In this document: positions 26,540-37,476 of the stretch, one piece after another
Layout: each line of letters starts with the position of its first letter
Position numbering within the stretch: the stretch's first letter is position 1
From: a bacterium
Lineage (GTDB): Bacteria; Patescibacteriota; Dojkabacteria; JAKAPS01; JAJZLI01
Direction: 5' to 3'
Length of the DNA: 56,167 nucleotides
NCBI GenBank assembly: GCA_021791275.1
Contig: JAJYWX010000028.1
Coordinates: 11,582 to 67,748, forward strand
Notes under the pieces: model-generated
What the model was told of the DNA's origin: nothing
What the model saw: the letters and a program-made list of their open reading frames with translations, nothing else
Databases searched by the model: none
Translations under genes and position numbers: made by a program

Positions 26540-27091
26540 ATGATAATATCTTTTATTGGACCTTCTGGATCTGGTAAAGGTACTCAAGCAAATCTTTTTT
26601 CAAAAAAAGGATTTAGTGTTATATCGGGAGGAAATATATTAAGAGAGGAGTATGATAAGAAGACAGAGTTTGGTATTAAAATGCATGGTGATTATTGGGG
26701 AAAAGGATTGTGGGTTCCAGATGAGATAATATCAAGCTTAGTTCTTTCAGCCGTGGATTTTAATCAAGAAAATATACTCTTTGATGCTTTTCCTAGAACG
26801 TATGGTCAAGTATTGATATTAGATAAATTTTTAAAAGATAATGATAAGGATTTATTTAAAATATTTGAATTCTCTCTTCCCAAAAATAAGGCATTAAAAA
26901 GATTGAAAAAGAGAAAAGATAACAGAGAGGATGATAAATCTTTAGATATAATTTCAAATAGGTTTGATTCTTATGATAAAAATATTGATTCTATAAGGAG
27001 TTTTTACTTTGATAAATTAGTGCTTATAGATGCTTCTAATAGTATAGAGACTATTTTTAATTTAATAAATGGATATTTATATGAAACCTAA
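26540..27091 (+). CDS. adk: adenylate kinase (short form)
   Basis: P-loop GPSGSGKGTQ, and its position next to map. Confidence 0.85.
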   Translation: MIISFIGPSGSGKGTQANLFSKKGFSVISGGNILREEYDKKTEFGIKMHGDYWGKGLWVPDEIISSLVLSAVDFNQENILFDAFPRTYGQVLILDKFLKDNDKDLFKIFEFSLPKNKALKRLKKRKDNREDDKSLDIISNRFDSYDKNIDSIRSFYFDKLVLIDASNSIETIFNLINGYLYET

Positions 27092-27824
27092 AAGTAATGT
27101 TGAAATAGATTATATGAGAAAAGGGGGAAGTATTTTAGCCAAGATACTTTCTAATTTAAGGTCAAATACAAAAATTGGGACATCTGAAAATGATTTAGAT
27201 TTATTATCTAAAGATCTATGCAAAAGTTTTTCTGTAACCCCAGCATTTCTTGGGTATAAGGGTTTTCCAAAAGCCTTATGTATAAGTATAAATAACAAGG
27301 TTGTACATGGAATTCCTAGTGAATATAAAATAAAAGATGGAGATCTAGTCTCTCTAGATTTTGGTGTTATTTATAAGGGTTTGTATACTGATGCTGCTTT
27401 GTCATTTCAAGTTGGGAGTAAAAGTGAAGATGTATCCAAATTTATAAATACAGGAAGATTATCTAGAGATGATGGTATAAAACAAGCAAAAGCGGGATTA
27501 AGGGTGGGGGATATATCTTACGCAATGGAGAGGCCTGTAGTTAAAAATGGGTATTCTGTGGTAAAAGAGTTAACTGGGCATGGTATAGGATATAAATTAC
27601 ATGAGGATCCTTTTATATTCGGGTATGGGAAAAAATCCACAGGAATGGTTCTTAAAAAAGGTATGACTTTGGCTATTGAGAGTATGATAAATCAAGGCAG
27701 GCCAGATATTACAGAAGACGATGATGGTTGGACTATAAGAACAAAGGATGGATCACTATCAACTCATTTTGAGCACACTATACTTATAACAGACTCTGAA
27801 CCTGAAATATTAACTCTACTCTGA
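27069..27824 (+). CDS. map: methionine aminopeptidase type I
   Basis: Metal-ligand contexts VSLDFG, DAALSF, GHGIGYKLHEDP, IESM and FEHTILIT. The alternative start ATG 27081 is equally possible. Confidence 0.92.
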   Translation: MDIYMKPKSNVEIDYMRKGGSILAKILSNLRSNTKIGTSENDLDLLSKDLCKSFSVTPAFLGYKGFPKALCISINNKVVHGIPSEYKIKDGDLVSLDFGVIYKGLYTDAALSFQVGSKSEDVSKFINTGRLSRDDGIKQAKAGLRVGDISYAMERPVVKNGYSVVKELTGHGIGYKLHEDPFIFGYGKKSTGMVLKKGMTLAIESMINQGRPDITEDDDGWTIRTKDGSLSTHFEHTILITDSEPEILTLL

Positions 27825-30005
27825 AAGATACTCTTCTGCATCGTCTATTAAAACTTCTCTTGGTTTTGATCCATCTTGAGGTCCTACAACACCGTTAGTT
27901 TCAAGCTCATAAATCAGCCTTGCAGCTCTAGCATAACCTATTTTAAGCTTTGATTGTAGTATTGATGCAGAGCCTCTTTTTGCTGCAACTACTACTCTTA
28001 CAGCATCTGGAAATAGAGGATCTTCAAATGAAGTTCCATTTAATGAACCGTCTGGGTTTGTTGCTGATGGAGGAGATATAACTTCTTCATTATATGTAAA
28101 ATCTACACCTTGTTTAGATATAAAGTTTATTACTTTATAAATTTCTCCTTCCGTTATTAGTGGTCCTTGTATTCTAATCGTTCTTCCTAGATCTGGGGAT
28201 TTAAATAACATATCTCCCTTTCCTAATAATGTCTCGGCTCCCATCTGATCCAAGACTACTCTAGAGTCCATAGAAGATGCCACAGATAATGCTACACGAG
28301 CTGGTATATTAGCCTTTATAAGCCCTGTTATTACATTTACTGATGGCCTTTGAGTTGCAAGTATAAGGTGAATTCCTACAGCTCTTGCCATTTGTGCTAA
28401 TCTTACTATCGAATTCTCAATTTCAACACCTTTGGTTAGTATTAAATCAGCCATCTCATCAATTACTATAATAATACTATTTAACCTTTCATCTTTCTCT
28501 TTCATTTCATTATATCCATCTATGTTTCTTGCACCCACTTCTTTCAAAAGATTATATCTTTTTTCCATTTCACTTAATGCCCATTTAAGAGCGTTATTTA
28601 CATTATTCATATCTGTGATTACTGGAGTTAAAAGATGAGGAATTCCATTATATACTGACAGTTCTACATGTTTAGGATCTATTAGAATAAGCTTTAGTGT
28701 ATCCGGAGAATGTTTATATAAAAGCCCCATCAAGAAGGAATTTATAAGCATACTTTTACCTGATCCCGTTGATCCTGCAACCAGGAGGTGAGGCATAGAT
28801 GTAAGATCCTTAGTGATAATCTCTCCTGTAACATCTTCTCCCATTGCCAATGGTAGTTTTATATTAGGATCATTGAATTCTCTACTTTGTATAATATTTT
28901 TAAATGAAACAGTCTGTGATCTAGGATTTGGCATTTCTATTCCAACTAAAGATGTTCCTGGGATTGGAGCATCTATTCTAACAGATCCAGATGGTGCAGC
29001 TAGTGCTAATGCAAGATCTCGTGATAAAGTATTTATCTTTGATACCTTTGTTCCGGTTTTTATCTGTAGTGCGTAACGAGTAATAACTGGGCCAACAGAT
29101 ACATCTACCACTCTTGATATTATACTAAAACTCTCTAGAGTTCTTTCTATAATCTCAGAGTTTCTTTTTATTTCATCAGAATTTACAACATTTATCCTTT
29201 TTATTTCATTCAAAAAATCTATACTTGGAAGTTCCCAATTATCAAAATGTATTTCTTCATAAAATGGTTTCTCATCCTTTTTTAAATTCTTTTTAAGCGT
29301 ATTTTTACCAGATAAAAACCCAACCATTAAATTATCGTCTTTCTTATCTTCTCCACTTACTTCAAAATCAATATTTTTGATATTATCTTTACTTTTATTT
29401 TCTTTATTTATTGTTGTAGAAAATTTATCAAATGTAGATTGTAATAATTCAAAAAATCTAGTTATGAAATCCTTAATTTTTCTTAATGATTCTGTAAATG
29501 AATATGAAAGGGACATAAGTAGAGAGATTATTATTATTGGTATTAATATTATAATTCCCCCAACTCTAGAGAGCTCTCTTATAAGGTACTCTGATATAAG
29601 GTAGCCAATAGAGCCTCCTAATTTCCCTTGGGATGAAAGTTGCAAAGAAATGGCCTGAGAATACATTAAATTTATAAAAGATAGAGATGAGATTATAAAT
29701 AGTATAAGTCCTAATATAGAGGATAAGGAATTAAATTTTATTTTTGTACCTAAGAATCTTAAAGATACCAAAAAAGATAATATGGCAAATATTATTATCC
29801 CGTCACCAAAGAGTATATATAGGAAATCTAGAGCTTGTATTCTTATAAAAAATCCCAAGAAAGATAAAAGTGATAATATTAAAAGTATTATTCCTATTAA
29901 TGTATAACTATCTTGTCCTTCAAATTTAGGACCGTTTTTTGGTTCCAGAGTTTTTGAAATTTTTGATTTTTTTTTCCTACCCATTATTTTAGTAAAGTTT
30001 AGCAT
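27816..30005 (-). CDS. ftsK: DNA translocase FtsK/SpoIIIE
   Basis: N-terminal TM segments, Walker A GSTGSGKSMLIN, ATQRPSV, and a C-terminal gamma-like winged helix (SILQSKLKIGYARAARLIYELE). Confidence 0.93.
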   Translation of the reverse strand: MLNFTKIMGRKKKSKISKTLEPKNGPKFEGQDSYTLIGIILLILSLLSFLGFFIRIQALDFLYILFGDGIIIFAILSFLVSLRFLGTKIKFNSLSSILGLILFIISSLSFINLMYSQAISLQLSSQGKLGGSIGYLISEYLIRELSRVGGIIILIPIIIISLLMSLSYSFTESLRKIKDFITRFFELLQSTFDKFSTTINKENKSKDNIKNIDFEVSGEDKKDDNLMVGFLSGKNTLKKNLKKDEKPFYEEIHFDNWELPSIDFLNEIKRINVVNSDEIKRNSEIIERTLESFSIISRVVDVSVGPVITRYALQIKTGTKVSKINTLSRDLALALAAPSGSVRIDAPIPGTSLVGIEMPNPRSQTVSFKNIIQSREFNDPNIKLPLAMGEDVTGEIITKDLTSMPHLLVAGSTGSGKSMLINSFLMGLLYKHSPDTLKLILIDPKHVELSVYNGIPHLLTPVITDMNNVNNALKWALSEMEKRYNLLKEVGARNIDGYNEMKEKDERLNSIIIVIDEMADLILTKGVEIENSIVRLAQMARAVGIHLILATQRPSVNVITGLIKANIPARVALSVASSMDSRVVLDQMGAETLLGKGDMLFKSPDLGRTIRIQGPLITEGEIYKVINFISKQGVDFTYNEEVISPPSATNPDGSLNGTSFEDPLFPDAVRVVVAAKRGSASILQSKLKIGYARAARLIYELETNGVVGPQDGSKPREVLIDDAEEYLSE

Positions 30006-30049
30006 ATAAAATTGAGAAACTCTATATTTTATGCTAATATCTACAAGAT

Positions 30050-30787
30050 ATGGAAAAAGGAAAAGTTAAAAAAGTAACAATTGTCATGTATTTAATTTTG
30101 ATGGTTATAGTATTAGGGTTTATGATACTTCTAGTATCTTTATCAAGTAAGAAATTGTCAATTGGAAATAGTGCATGTAATATCGTTTATCAACCTTCAG
30201 TGAAATCGTATAGTAGTTATCCAAACTTCTGTATAGATAAAAATCAGATTTATAAAGCTGAAATAGAGACTAGCTATGGTAATATAAACTTGGATCTTTA
30301 TCCTAAGGCGGCACCATTAGCAGTTAACAACTTCGTATTTTTATCAGAGTCTGGTTTTTATAACAATAATATATTTAATAGGATTGTAAAAGGCTTTGCT
30401 GTTCAAGGGGGAATTCCAGCAAATGATACATCAGGTGGTCCAGGTTATCATTTTGATGATCAAATAAATCCGACTAGTTTAAATATGCCATCACTTCTTA
30501 TAAATGCATATAAGAAGAAAGGGTATGTATATGATTACAATGTAAAATCTATACCATTTGCTCCATACGTTATAGCTATGGCAAGTTCTGGAGCAAATAC
30601 AGATGGAAGCCAATTCTTTATAACAACGGGGAAGGATACTCAATTAAATGGACTTTATACTGTTTTTGGAAAAGTTACATCAGGGATAAGTGTAATTAAC
30701 AAACTTAATAATGCTCCTGTTAATGTAAAAGCTCACCATGCTCCAATAAACAAGATATATATTAAAAGGATATTAATTAACCCCTAA
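30050..30787 (+). CDS. cyclophilin-type peptidyl-prolyl isomerase with an N-terminal membrane anchor
   Basis: FNRIVKGFAVQGG and MASSGANTDGSQFFITT. Confidence 0.9.
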   Translation: MEKGKVKKVTIVMYLILMVIVLGFMILLVSLSSKKLSIGNSACNIVYQPSVKSYSSYPNFCIDKNQIYKAEIETSYGNINLDLYPKAAPLAVNNFVFLSESGFYNNNIFNRIVKGFAVQGGIPANDTSGGPGYHFDDQINPTSLNMPSLLINAYKKKGYVYDYNVKSIPFAPYVIAMASSGANTDGSQFFITTGKDTQLNGLYTVFGKVTSGISVINKLNNAPVNVKAHHAPINKIYIKRILINP

Positions 30788-32658
30788 GAGTTTATTATAT
30801 TAATTGATATATTCTTTATATTTGATGGAAGAAATCCTATTATTGAAAATATATCTGGGTTATCTTTTATATTTACTGAATTAACATTCTTATTTTCCTT
30901 TATTATACTAATCGCTTGAGAGAATGATTTGCCTTTAATTTGATTTAATATATTTTCTTTATTTATATTTTTAAATAAATCTCCAGTATAACTTACTTGT
31001 ATTTTTATATCTCCAGAAGAGCCTATATAAGTCTTTGTTATATTATAATTTAAAGATTTTATTATATTACCTGAATTAGAGATATTTTGCTCAATAGCAG
31101 ATTTTATATCTGAAGGTTTATAACCTTGAGCTTCTGTTTTAGTGCTCATAGAAAGATTTAGTACTTGTGCAACAGCTCCTACTGAATGATCAAATGTTTT
31201 GTTTACAACTACATTTTTTATACTTTGAGTCACTACAACTATTGATGGATTTATACTAGATATTTTACTCTCTCCTCTGGAGAATAGATTTTGAGATAAA
31301 GTTTGTTCCAAATTATTTACATCAGATTGAGCTACAACTTGCTCTTGTGTGGTAGTGGCATTTCCTTGGGAAAAATCGCTAGAATTTGATGCAGTTATTG
31401 ATGGATATGAGGAATTACTAAAAGTATCTCCTTTCCCAACTGCGTTATTTGTATTTAAAGTTACATTTACAGAAGAACTTTGTCCATTTGTTGTACCTGT
31501 AATACTAGATTGTGCTGCAGGTACACTTACAGATGAAGGTGTTTGGAAGGATACATTATTCTGGTCTGTGAAAGTTGTCCCAGTTGGTATAGTAACTGGA
31601 TTTGAAGATGTGTTATAGAATATAACTGATCCTTGAGCATAATTTCCTTGTTGTACGGTTTTTTGCCCTGTAGTTGGTATTGAATCTGATCCAGATTCAT
31701 TTACAGATACTAACTGAGAAGGTATTGTTAAACTATTGCCATCTACGGATGACACATTAGGAGATACAGTTATAAGAGCTGTGGATTTTTTAAATGTCCC
31801 TTTTACAGCTATATCTACAGAAGATTTAGTTAGGAATAGGTAGTAGATAATAAAAATTAATAAAAGTATAAATATTGATGCAAATATTATAAGCTTATTT
31901 CTTTTAATATTATCTTTTTGGTCTTTAAAGAAGTTGCTTTTAAATACATTAGACATTCCTTCTTTTTTATCTTTTGGTATACTTTCGAAATTTTTTTCAG
32001 TAGGTATGTTTTTTTCTTCTTTATCTGTATCAGAGAATGATGCAATATCTCCTCCAGCAATAAGATCAAATCCATCAAGAGATACTTTTTTAGTTGGTAT
32101 TACTGGCTCTTTATTAAATTCGACCCTTTTAATATTCTCTTTAGCTGTATCACTTGCAGATGTTGGAGGTACAGGTATAGCTTTTTCGCTATCAATTTTA
32201 TTTACACTTGGAGGGGTTTTTTCTAACTGAGGTTCATCATCATCCTTGTATTCGAAAAATTTTTCGGGCTCATTTGTTTTTGCTGAATTATCTATTGTTT
32301 GATAAATATCATCTCTAAATGGGACTTTATTTGATGAAAAATTTGCATCGTGGATTCTTTTCTTTAATCTTACTGCCTCTCTCCATGTGTCTTGGTCCAC
32401 CTCTCCGATTTTTGCTGCAGTTATAAATCCTGCATTTAAGGCAATATTTCTTCCTTGATCATCCATTGTTACAATTACAACGTCTTTATCATTCTTATCA
32501 ATTACCTTTCTTAGCATTTTTAATCCTACTAATGAGGTTATTATTCCAGATCTTTCAGGAATAACCAGTATAACTCTATTAGTTTCTGCTTTTAGAATCT
32601 TTTCGCTTATAAATGTTATTTCGTCATCAAGATCAACGAATATTTTTGTATCTTTCAT
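30784..32658 (-). CDS. hypothetical bitopic protein (cytoplasmic N-domain, one TM, Ser/Thr/Asn-rich ectodomain)
   Basis: Complete 624-aa ORF with the TM segment LIIFASIFILLLIFIIYYLFL. It lies immediately downstream of the ftsA-like gene with a 3-nt gap. Confidence 0.6.
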   Translation of the reverse strand: MKDTKIFVDLDDEITFISEKILKAETNRVILVIPERSGIITSLVGLKMLRKVIDKNDKDVVIVTMDDQGRNIALNAGFITAAKIGEVDQDTWREAVRLKKRIHDANFSSNKVPFRDDIYQTIDNSAKTNEPEKFFEYKDDDEPQLEKTPPSVNKIDSEKAIPVPPTSASDTAKENIKRVEFNKEPVIPTKKVSLDGFDLIAGGDIASFSDTDKEEKNIPTEKNFESIPKDKKEGMSNVFKSNFFKDQKDNIKRNKLIIFASIFILLLIFIIYYLFLTKSSVDIAVKGTFKKSTALITVSPNVSSVDGNSLTIPSQLVSVNESGSDSIPTTGQKTVQQGNYAQGSVIFYNTSSNPVTIPTGTTFTDQNNVSFQTPSSVSVPAAQSSITGTTNGQSSSVNVTLNTNNAVGKGDTFSNSSYPSITASNSSDFSQGNATTTQEQVVAQSDVNNLEQTLSQNLFSRGESKISSINPSIVVVTQSIKNVVVNKTFDHSVGAVAQVLNLSMSTKTEAQGYKPSDIKSAIEQNISNSGNIIKSLNYNITKTYIGSSGDIKIQVSYTGDLFKNINKENILNQIKGKSFSQAISIIKENKNVNSVNIKDNPDIFSIIGFLPSNIKNISINIINS

Positions 32659-32661
32659 TTT

Positions 32662-33891
32662 TTATATTGCAATTATTACATCATCTTTTATTATATCAAG
32701 AACTATCCTTGCAAGAGATACAGGAGTTACATCTTCAGGTTTTGTTAATTTTAATGTTTTATCTATTATGCCATCAATTTTTTCTGGAGACAAAAAATTA
32801 ATTTTTGGATTTCTATGAAAAGGTAAAATTACAGACCAAGGATATTCAACAAGTTTTGTTCTTATTTCTGTTAATTTAGATCCACCTCCACATAAAAGTA
32901 TTTGATCTGGATACACTTTTATATTTTCCATTTCCTCTAAAGCTATTTCTATACCCGAAATCCATAAATCTAAGTCCTTTTTTATAGCATCTCTTAGTTG
33001 CAAGGATTTTGCTTTATCAAGCTCATTCTCTGCATATTCTATTTTCAATTTCTCTGCATCTTCATAAGATATCCCTACATCTGATGCTATTCTTTTGGTG
33101 AAAGATCTTCCTCCCATTGCAAACATTTGTGTATCTTGAAAAGTTCCCTGTGATACAATTGCAACATCAGATGTTCCTCCTCCTATATCTATTATTATTG
33201 CATCAAAACTAATGTCTCGTGCTCCTTTGACAGATCTAGCTATAGCGAATGGTTGTACTGCTATTACTATTGGAGTCAATTTAAGCTCTTTTAAGATATC
33301 ATCTAATGCTCCTGCAAATATTAAAGGTGTATAGACGAAATAGATATTCAAGGTTACTTTTTTCCCTTGGAACCCGATTGGTGTCGATACTTTATAATCA
33401 TCTATATATGTATCAGTAACTGTAGCATTAATAAGTTTTATTTGGGTTTTGTCAGATCCGGTTGAAAGAGTGAATTTTTTTATCGCTTCATCGTATGCAG
33501 TTTCATGGACTTTTTCAAGTATACTTTTTATCTCAGCATCATCTATTTTATCTTCGGGATTTTCTCTCTCATAATTTATTTTTATTCCAACTCCTTTTAC
33601 TAATTCTCCTGCTATTCCAACTACAACTTTGTCTGGAGTTTTTTCTATATTCTCTCCAACTTCTTCCATAGCAAGATCTATAGATTTTTGACATGTAGAA
33701 ATAACACTTTTTATGTTTGTTACAACACCTCCTCTCATAGCATTCAGGGGTTGTCTTACTTTACCATATCCATATATGATTACATTATCATCTTTGATAT
33801 CACATATAAGTGTTTTTACAAATTCTGTTCCTATATCCAAAGATATAAAATTATTGGTCTCTCCTTTTGATTTTTTCCCGAATATAGCCAT
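32662..33891 (-). CDS. ftsA: actin-like ATPase, FtsA-like cell-division protein
   Basis: ASKHA motifs SLDIGTEFVK, IIDIGGGTSDVAIV and LLCGGGSKL. The size of 409 aa fits FtsA; PilM is not excluded. Confidence 0.7.
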   Translation of the reverse strand: MAIFGKKSKGETNNFISLDIGTEFVKTLICDIKDDNVIIYGYGKVRQPLNAMRGGVVTNIKSVISTCQKSIDLAMEEVGENIEKTPDKVVVGIAGELVKGVGIKINYERENPEDKIDDAEIKSILEKVHETAYDEAIKKFTLSTGSDKTQIKLINATVTDTYIDDYKVSTPIGFQGKKVTLNIYFVYTPLIFAGALDDILKELKLTPIVIAVQPFAIARSVKGARDISFDAIIIDIGGGTSDVAIVSQGTFQDTQMFAMGGRSFTKRIASDVGISYEDAEKLKIEYAENELDKAKSLQLRDAIKKDLDLWISGIEIALEEMENIKVYPDQILLCGGGSKLTEIRTKLVEYPWSVILPFHRNPKINFLSPEKIDGIIDKTLKLTKPEDVTPVSLARIVLDIIKDDVIIAI

Positions 33892-33909
33892 TTTTAATAT
33901 ATTTTAATT

Positions 33910-34194
33910 TTATTCTTCTTTTTTTCTGATTAGTTTTACTATAGTATTTAGTATTTTATCTGCAGTTTTTATTTTACCTAAAACATTTACTTTATCAATT
34001 TTGTTATTAATAAGAGTGTTAATTTTTTCTTGCTCATCTTTAGTGTTTTTCGCTATCCCTGAAATATTTTCTATGACATTTTTTCCTTCTTTAACATTTT
34101 TATCCAAATCATATATGAGTTTTACTAGTAATGCTAATATAATTATTATTAAAATAGAGACTAGAATAAATGTGATATTATATATTATTTCCAT
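33910..34194 (-). CDS. small membrane-anchored coiled-coil protein
   Basis: A 94-aa ORF with one N-terminal TM helix. Confidence 0.5.
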   Translation of the reverse strand: MEIIYNITFILVSILIIIILALLVKLIYDLDKNVKEGKNVIENISGIAKNTKDEQEKINTLINNKIDKVNVLGKIKTADKILNTIVKLIRKKEE

Positions 34195-34216
34195 AGATAT
34201 AATATATCACAAAATT

Positions 34217-35143
34217 TTAATTTTTTGTTATAGAGATTGATTTTGTTTTACTATTATAATCTATTATTAGTATTTGAAAACCTGAACCTTTTGGAGTTAT
34301 ATTTTTGTTTTGGTAATAAATAGAAATATCGGAAAGATTACCCACAGTAAGAACCATGTTATATATACCTTTTAAATCAACTGTATTTTTAAGAATTTTG
34401 TTATAAATTGTTTTATTTTCAACAACTGCATTTATATAAACTGGAGATGTATAATCTTTTATCTCTATACTAAAGGCATTTTTATTATTAGATGTATTCT
34501 TTTTTAAGTTTATATATGTAATATCGTATGTAATGTTAGTTTCTTGACCAAATTGGTTTTTAATATTTAGATCTATATTATTTAAACCTTCTTGTAGTCC
34601 AATTTGTTGAGTGAAATCTCCATTCAATGTCACATCATTTATTTTTACTCCATCTATATATAGAAAATCACCATTTTGTATTTTACCTGAAAAATTCACA
34701 TAAGATTTGGTTGTGTTAAATATATGCTCTTGTGGAGATGAGATCTCTACCTTTGGTGGAGTTTTAAAAATCAAATATTCATGTATACCATATATTATTA
34801 TTGTAGCTATAAGTAATATAAGAAGAACTATATATAGTGTTATGTTCTTATAGAAGATAGAGTTTATTTTTATTTTTTTATTTTTTTTCTTTATCATGTG
34901 GCTCTCAGTCTTGTTGTGATCTCTTCTGAATAACATTACTGCTTCCTCATGATTTAATCCTAGATATTTTGCATATATTTTTATAAACCCTTTTGTGGTT
35001 GAAAGAGATGGAATTTTGTCAAATTCACCACTTTCTATATATTTTAGATATTCTTTTTTTATTTTAGTAGCATTAGAAACGGTGTCTAATGTGATTTTAT
35101 TCTCAAGTCTAGTTTTTTTTAATATCTCTGATATATTTCTCAT
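34217..35143 (-). CDS. RodZ-like HTH (XRE-type) membrane protein
   Basis: N-terminal HTH LKKTRLENKITLDTVSNATKIKKEYLKYIESGEFDKIP, then one TM helix and an extracytoplasmic domain. Confidence 0.65.
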   Translation of the reverse strand: MRNISEILKKTRLENKITLDTVSNATKIKKEYLKYIESGEFDKIPSLSTTKGFIKIYAKYLGLNHEEAVMLFRRDHNKTESHMIKKKNKKIKINSIFYKNITLYIVLLILLIATIIIYGIHEYLIFKTPPKVEISSPQEHIFNTTKSYVNFSGKIQNGDFLYIDGVKINDVTLNGDFTQQIGLQEGLNNIDLNIKNQFGQETNITYDITYINLKKNTSNNKNAFSIEIKDYTSPVYINAVVENKTIYNKILKNTVDLKGIYNMVLTVGNLSDISIYYQNKNITPKGSGFQILIIDYNSKTKSISITKN

Positions 35144-35889
35144 AATCTGAATAAATCTAAACTGTTTTTATATATAATATCTTCAATATTAGGATTATTT
35201 TTAATATTTTTAATATTTTCAAGTACGTATATTATATTTGTTGATTTATTAAGTTTTTCTTTTCTCTTTGGCTCAGGTGTTAAGAAGGGGGAGTCTGTCT
35301 CAATTAAAATTTTTTCTGGATTAGTCTCTTTTATTATTTCTCTTATATGATTAGCATTTTTGAATGTAGATATTCCGTTGAAAGATAGGTAAAACCCCAA
35401 ATTCTCTATCTCTTCAAGTATTTTTATGTCTCCGTCTGCAGAATGTATAACCCCACTTATACTATCTCCTTTTTTATAATAGTCTTTTAATATATCTAAA
35501 GTATCTTTTAAAGCTTCTCTTGTATGTACTATTAATGGAAGATTTTTCTCTTTTGCAAATTCTATTTGTGTTCTAAAATTCTTATTCTGTATATCTTCTT
35601 CATTTGGTTTGTAATAGTAGTCAAGTCCACACTCTCCTATAGCTATTACATCATTTGAATATATATCTTCTAAATCTTTTCTATTTAATATTTTTTGAGT
35701 TTCTGTGGGATGAACCCCTATTGCATATGAGAGCATAGGGTGTTTAAATTTTTTATTATTTTTAGAGTCTATTAATGTTGTTCCCGGAACTATTAATTTT
35801 ACTATACCAAGATTTTTACACTCGTCTAAAATTGAGTCTATATCATCATAGTAATCTTTATTTGTATGAGAGTGAGTATCAATAATCAT
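35140..35889 (-). CDS. tatD: TatD-family metal-dependent hydrolase/DNase
   Basis: IDTHSHT..., GECGLDYYY, and downstream His/Asp ligand contexts. Confidence 0.85.
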   Translation of the reverse strand: MIIDTHSHTNKDYYDDIDSILDECKNLGIVKLIVPGTTLIDSKNNKKFKHPMLSYAIGVHPTETQKILNRKDLEDIYSNDVIAIGECGLDYYYKPNEEDIQNKNFRTQIEFAKEKNLPLIVHTREALKDTLDILKDYYKKGDSISGVIHSADGDIKILEEIENLGFYLSFNGISTFKNANHIREIIKETNPEKILIETDSPFLTPEPKRKEKLNKSTNIIYVLENIKNIKNNPNIEDIIYKNSLDLFRL

Positions 35890-37453
35890 TTTTTTCTATT
35901 TTAGGGAATAATATATATGGGCTGTTTATTTTTCCATATATTGGGGAATATGAGAAATTATTAATTTCTGTATTTATAATCTTTGACAATTTTTCCATTG
36001 ATTCTGGTATTATTGGTGTTAAAGCAATATTTAGTGCATAAACGTATTGGAATAATATATATATATCTTTTTTATCCTTACTTTCCCATATTTTTAGAGA
36101 GTCAAATAATCTATTAGCATAATCTGATAAATCTATTATTTCTCTTAATGCAGCTTGAAATTCAAAATTATTAAAAAATGAAGAGATTTTTTCAATTTTC
36201 TCTTTGATATATTCTTCTTCTTTTTTAGATTCATATTTTTCTACATTGGAATCGAAATATTTATCTATAAATGTTAAAGTTCTATTTATATAGTTGCCTA
36301 CATTTGAAGAGAGTGTTTTATTTATTGCATCTTCTAAATTTTTAATATCAAAATTAGTGTCTTTTTTTTCTGGAATAATTGATGTTAGATAAAATCTCAC
36401 ATTATCTTTTCCGTAAATTTTTATTAAATCTTTAACACCAAAAGAAGATTTGCTTTTTGAAAGTTTTTTATTACCCATTGTTACATACTCAGAACTTACT
36501 ATATATGTTGGAGGCGGAAGTTTATTTGCAAAAAGAATTGCAGGAAGCATTATTGTATGGAATGTTATATTATCTTTTGCCATAAAATATATACTTTTTG
36601 TTTCCTTAGTCCAATACTTGTTATTTTCCTCTTTTGTGTATTCAACACTTGCAGAGTAATATCCAATTAATGCTTCAAACCAGACATAGATTACTTTATT
36701 CTCATACCCTTTAATAGGAACTGGTATGCCATAATCAATATCTCTTGTAATTGATCTAGGCTTTAGCCCATCTTTCATATATGCATATGTCTGATCTATA
36801 ACATTAGGTCTGAAAATATTCTTTTTAGAATCAATATATTTTTTAATTCTATCTTGGAATTTGGGAAGATCTAGAAAAAAATTTTCGGTCTCTTTTAGTA
36901 TTGGTTCAGATTTACATACTATGCAATAAGGATCTATTATTTTTTCAAAGGTTATATAAATTCCACATTTATCACAGCTTTCTCCAACTCTAACCTCTTT
37001 ATTTTTGCAATTTGGACATTCTCCTTCTACAAATCTATCCGGTAGAAACCTTTTCTCCTTTACACAGTAAGGTTGTATTTCTTTATCTATATATATGTCT
37101 TTATTTTCATACATATTTTTAAAAATTTTTTGTACTATTTTTTGATGATTCTTTGTGCTTGTAGATGTCCAAAGATCAAATTTTATATCAAGCATTTTAA
37201 AAACTTCTTCCCATTCTCTTTTATATTTATTGGCAATCTCTAATGGGGGAATATCCAGTTTTTCTGATAGAATTTTCGTTGGAGTTCCATGCATATCATT
37301 TCCTGATATTAAAACAGAGTCCTTATTTTGGAGTGCAAGGAATCTTTTATATATATCTGCTGGAAGATAATTTCCAGCTATATGTCCTACATGCGCTTCT
37401 CCATTTGAGTATGGCCAGGAGGTAGTAATAAAGTATCTATCTTCATTTTGCAT
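35879..37453 (-). CDS. metG: methionyl-tRNA synthetase
   Basis: HIGH-type motif EAHVGHIAG, KMSKS-type motif KLSKSKS, and zinc knuckles CPNCKN...CDKCG. Confidence 0.93.
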   Translation of the reverse strand: MQNEDRYFITTSWPYSNGEAHVGHIAGNYLPADIYKRFLALQNKDSVLISGNDMHGTPTKILSEKLDIPPLEIANKYKREWEEVFKMLDIKFDLWTSTSTKNHQKIVQKIFKNMYENKDIYIDKEIQPYCVKEKRFLPDRFVEGECPNCKNKEVRVGESCDKCGIYITFEKIIDPYCIVCKSEPILKETENFFLDLPKFQDRIKKYIDSKKNIFRPNVIDQTYAYMKDGLKPRSITRDIDYGIPVPIKGYENKVIYVWFEALIGYYSASVEYTKEENNKYWTKETKSIYFMAKDNITFHTIMLPAILFANKLPPPTYIVSSEYVTMGNKKLSKSKSSFGVKDLIKIYGKDNVRFYLTSIIPEKKDTNFDIKNLEDAINKTLSSNVGNYINRTLTFIDKYFDSNVEKYESKKEEEYIKEKIEKISSFFNNFEFQAALREIIDLSDYANRLFDSLKIWESKDKKDIYILFQYVYALNIALTPIIPESMEKLSKIINTEINNFSYSPIYGKINSPYILFPKIEKNDY

Positions 37454-37476
37454 AAGTGAAATTATAACATATTATT

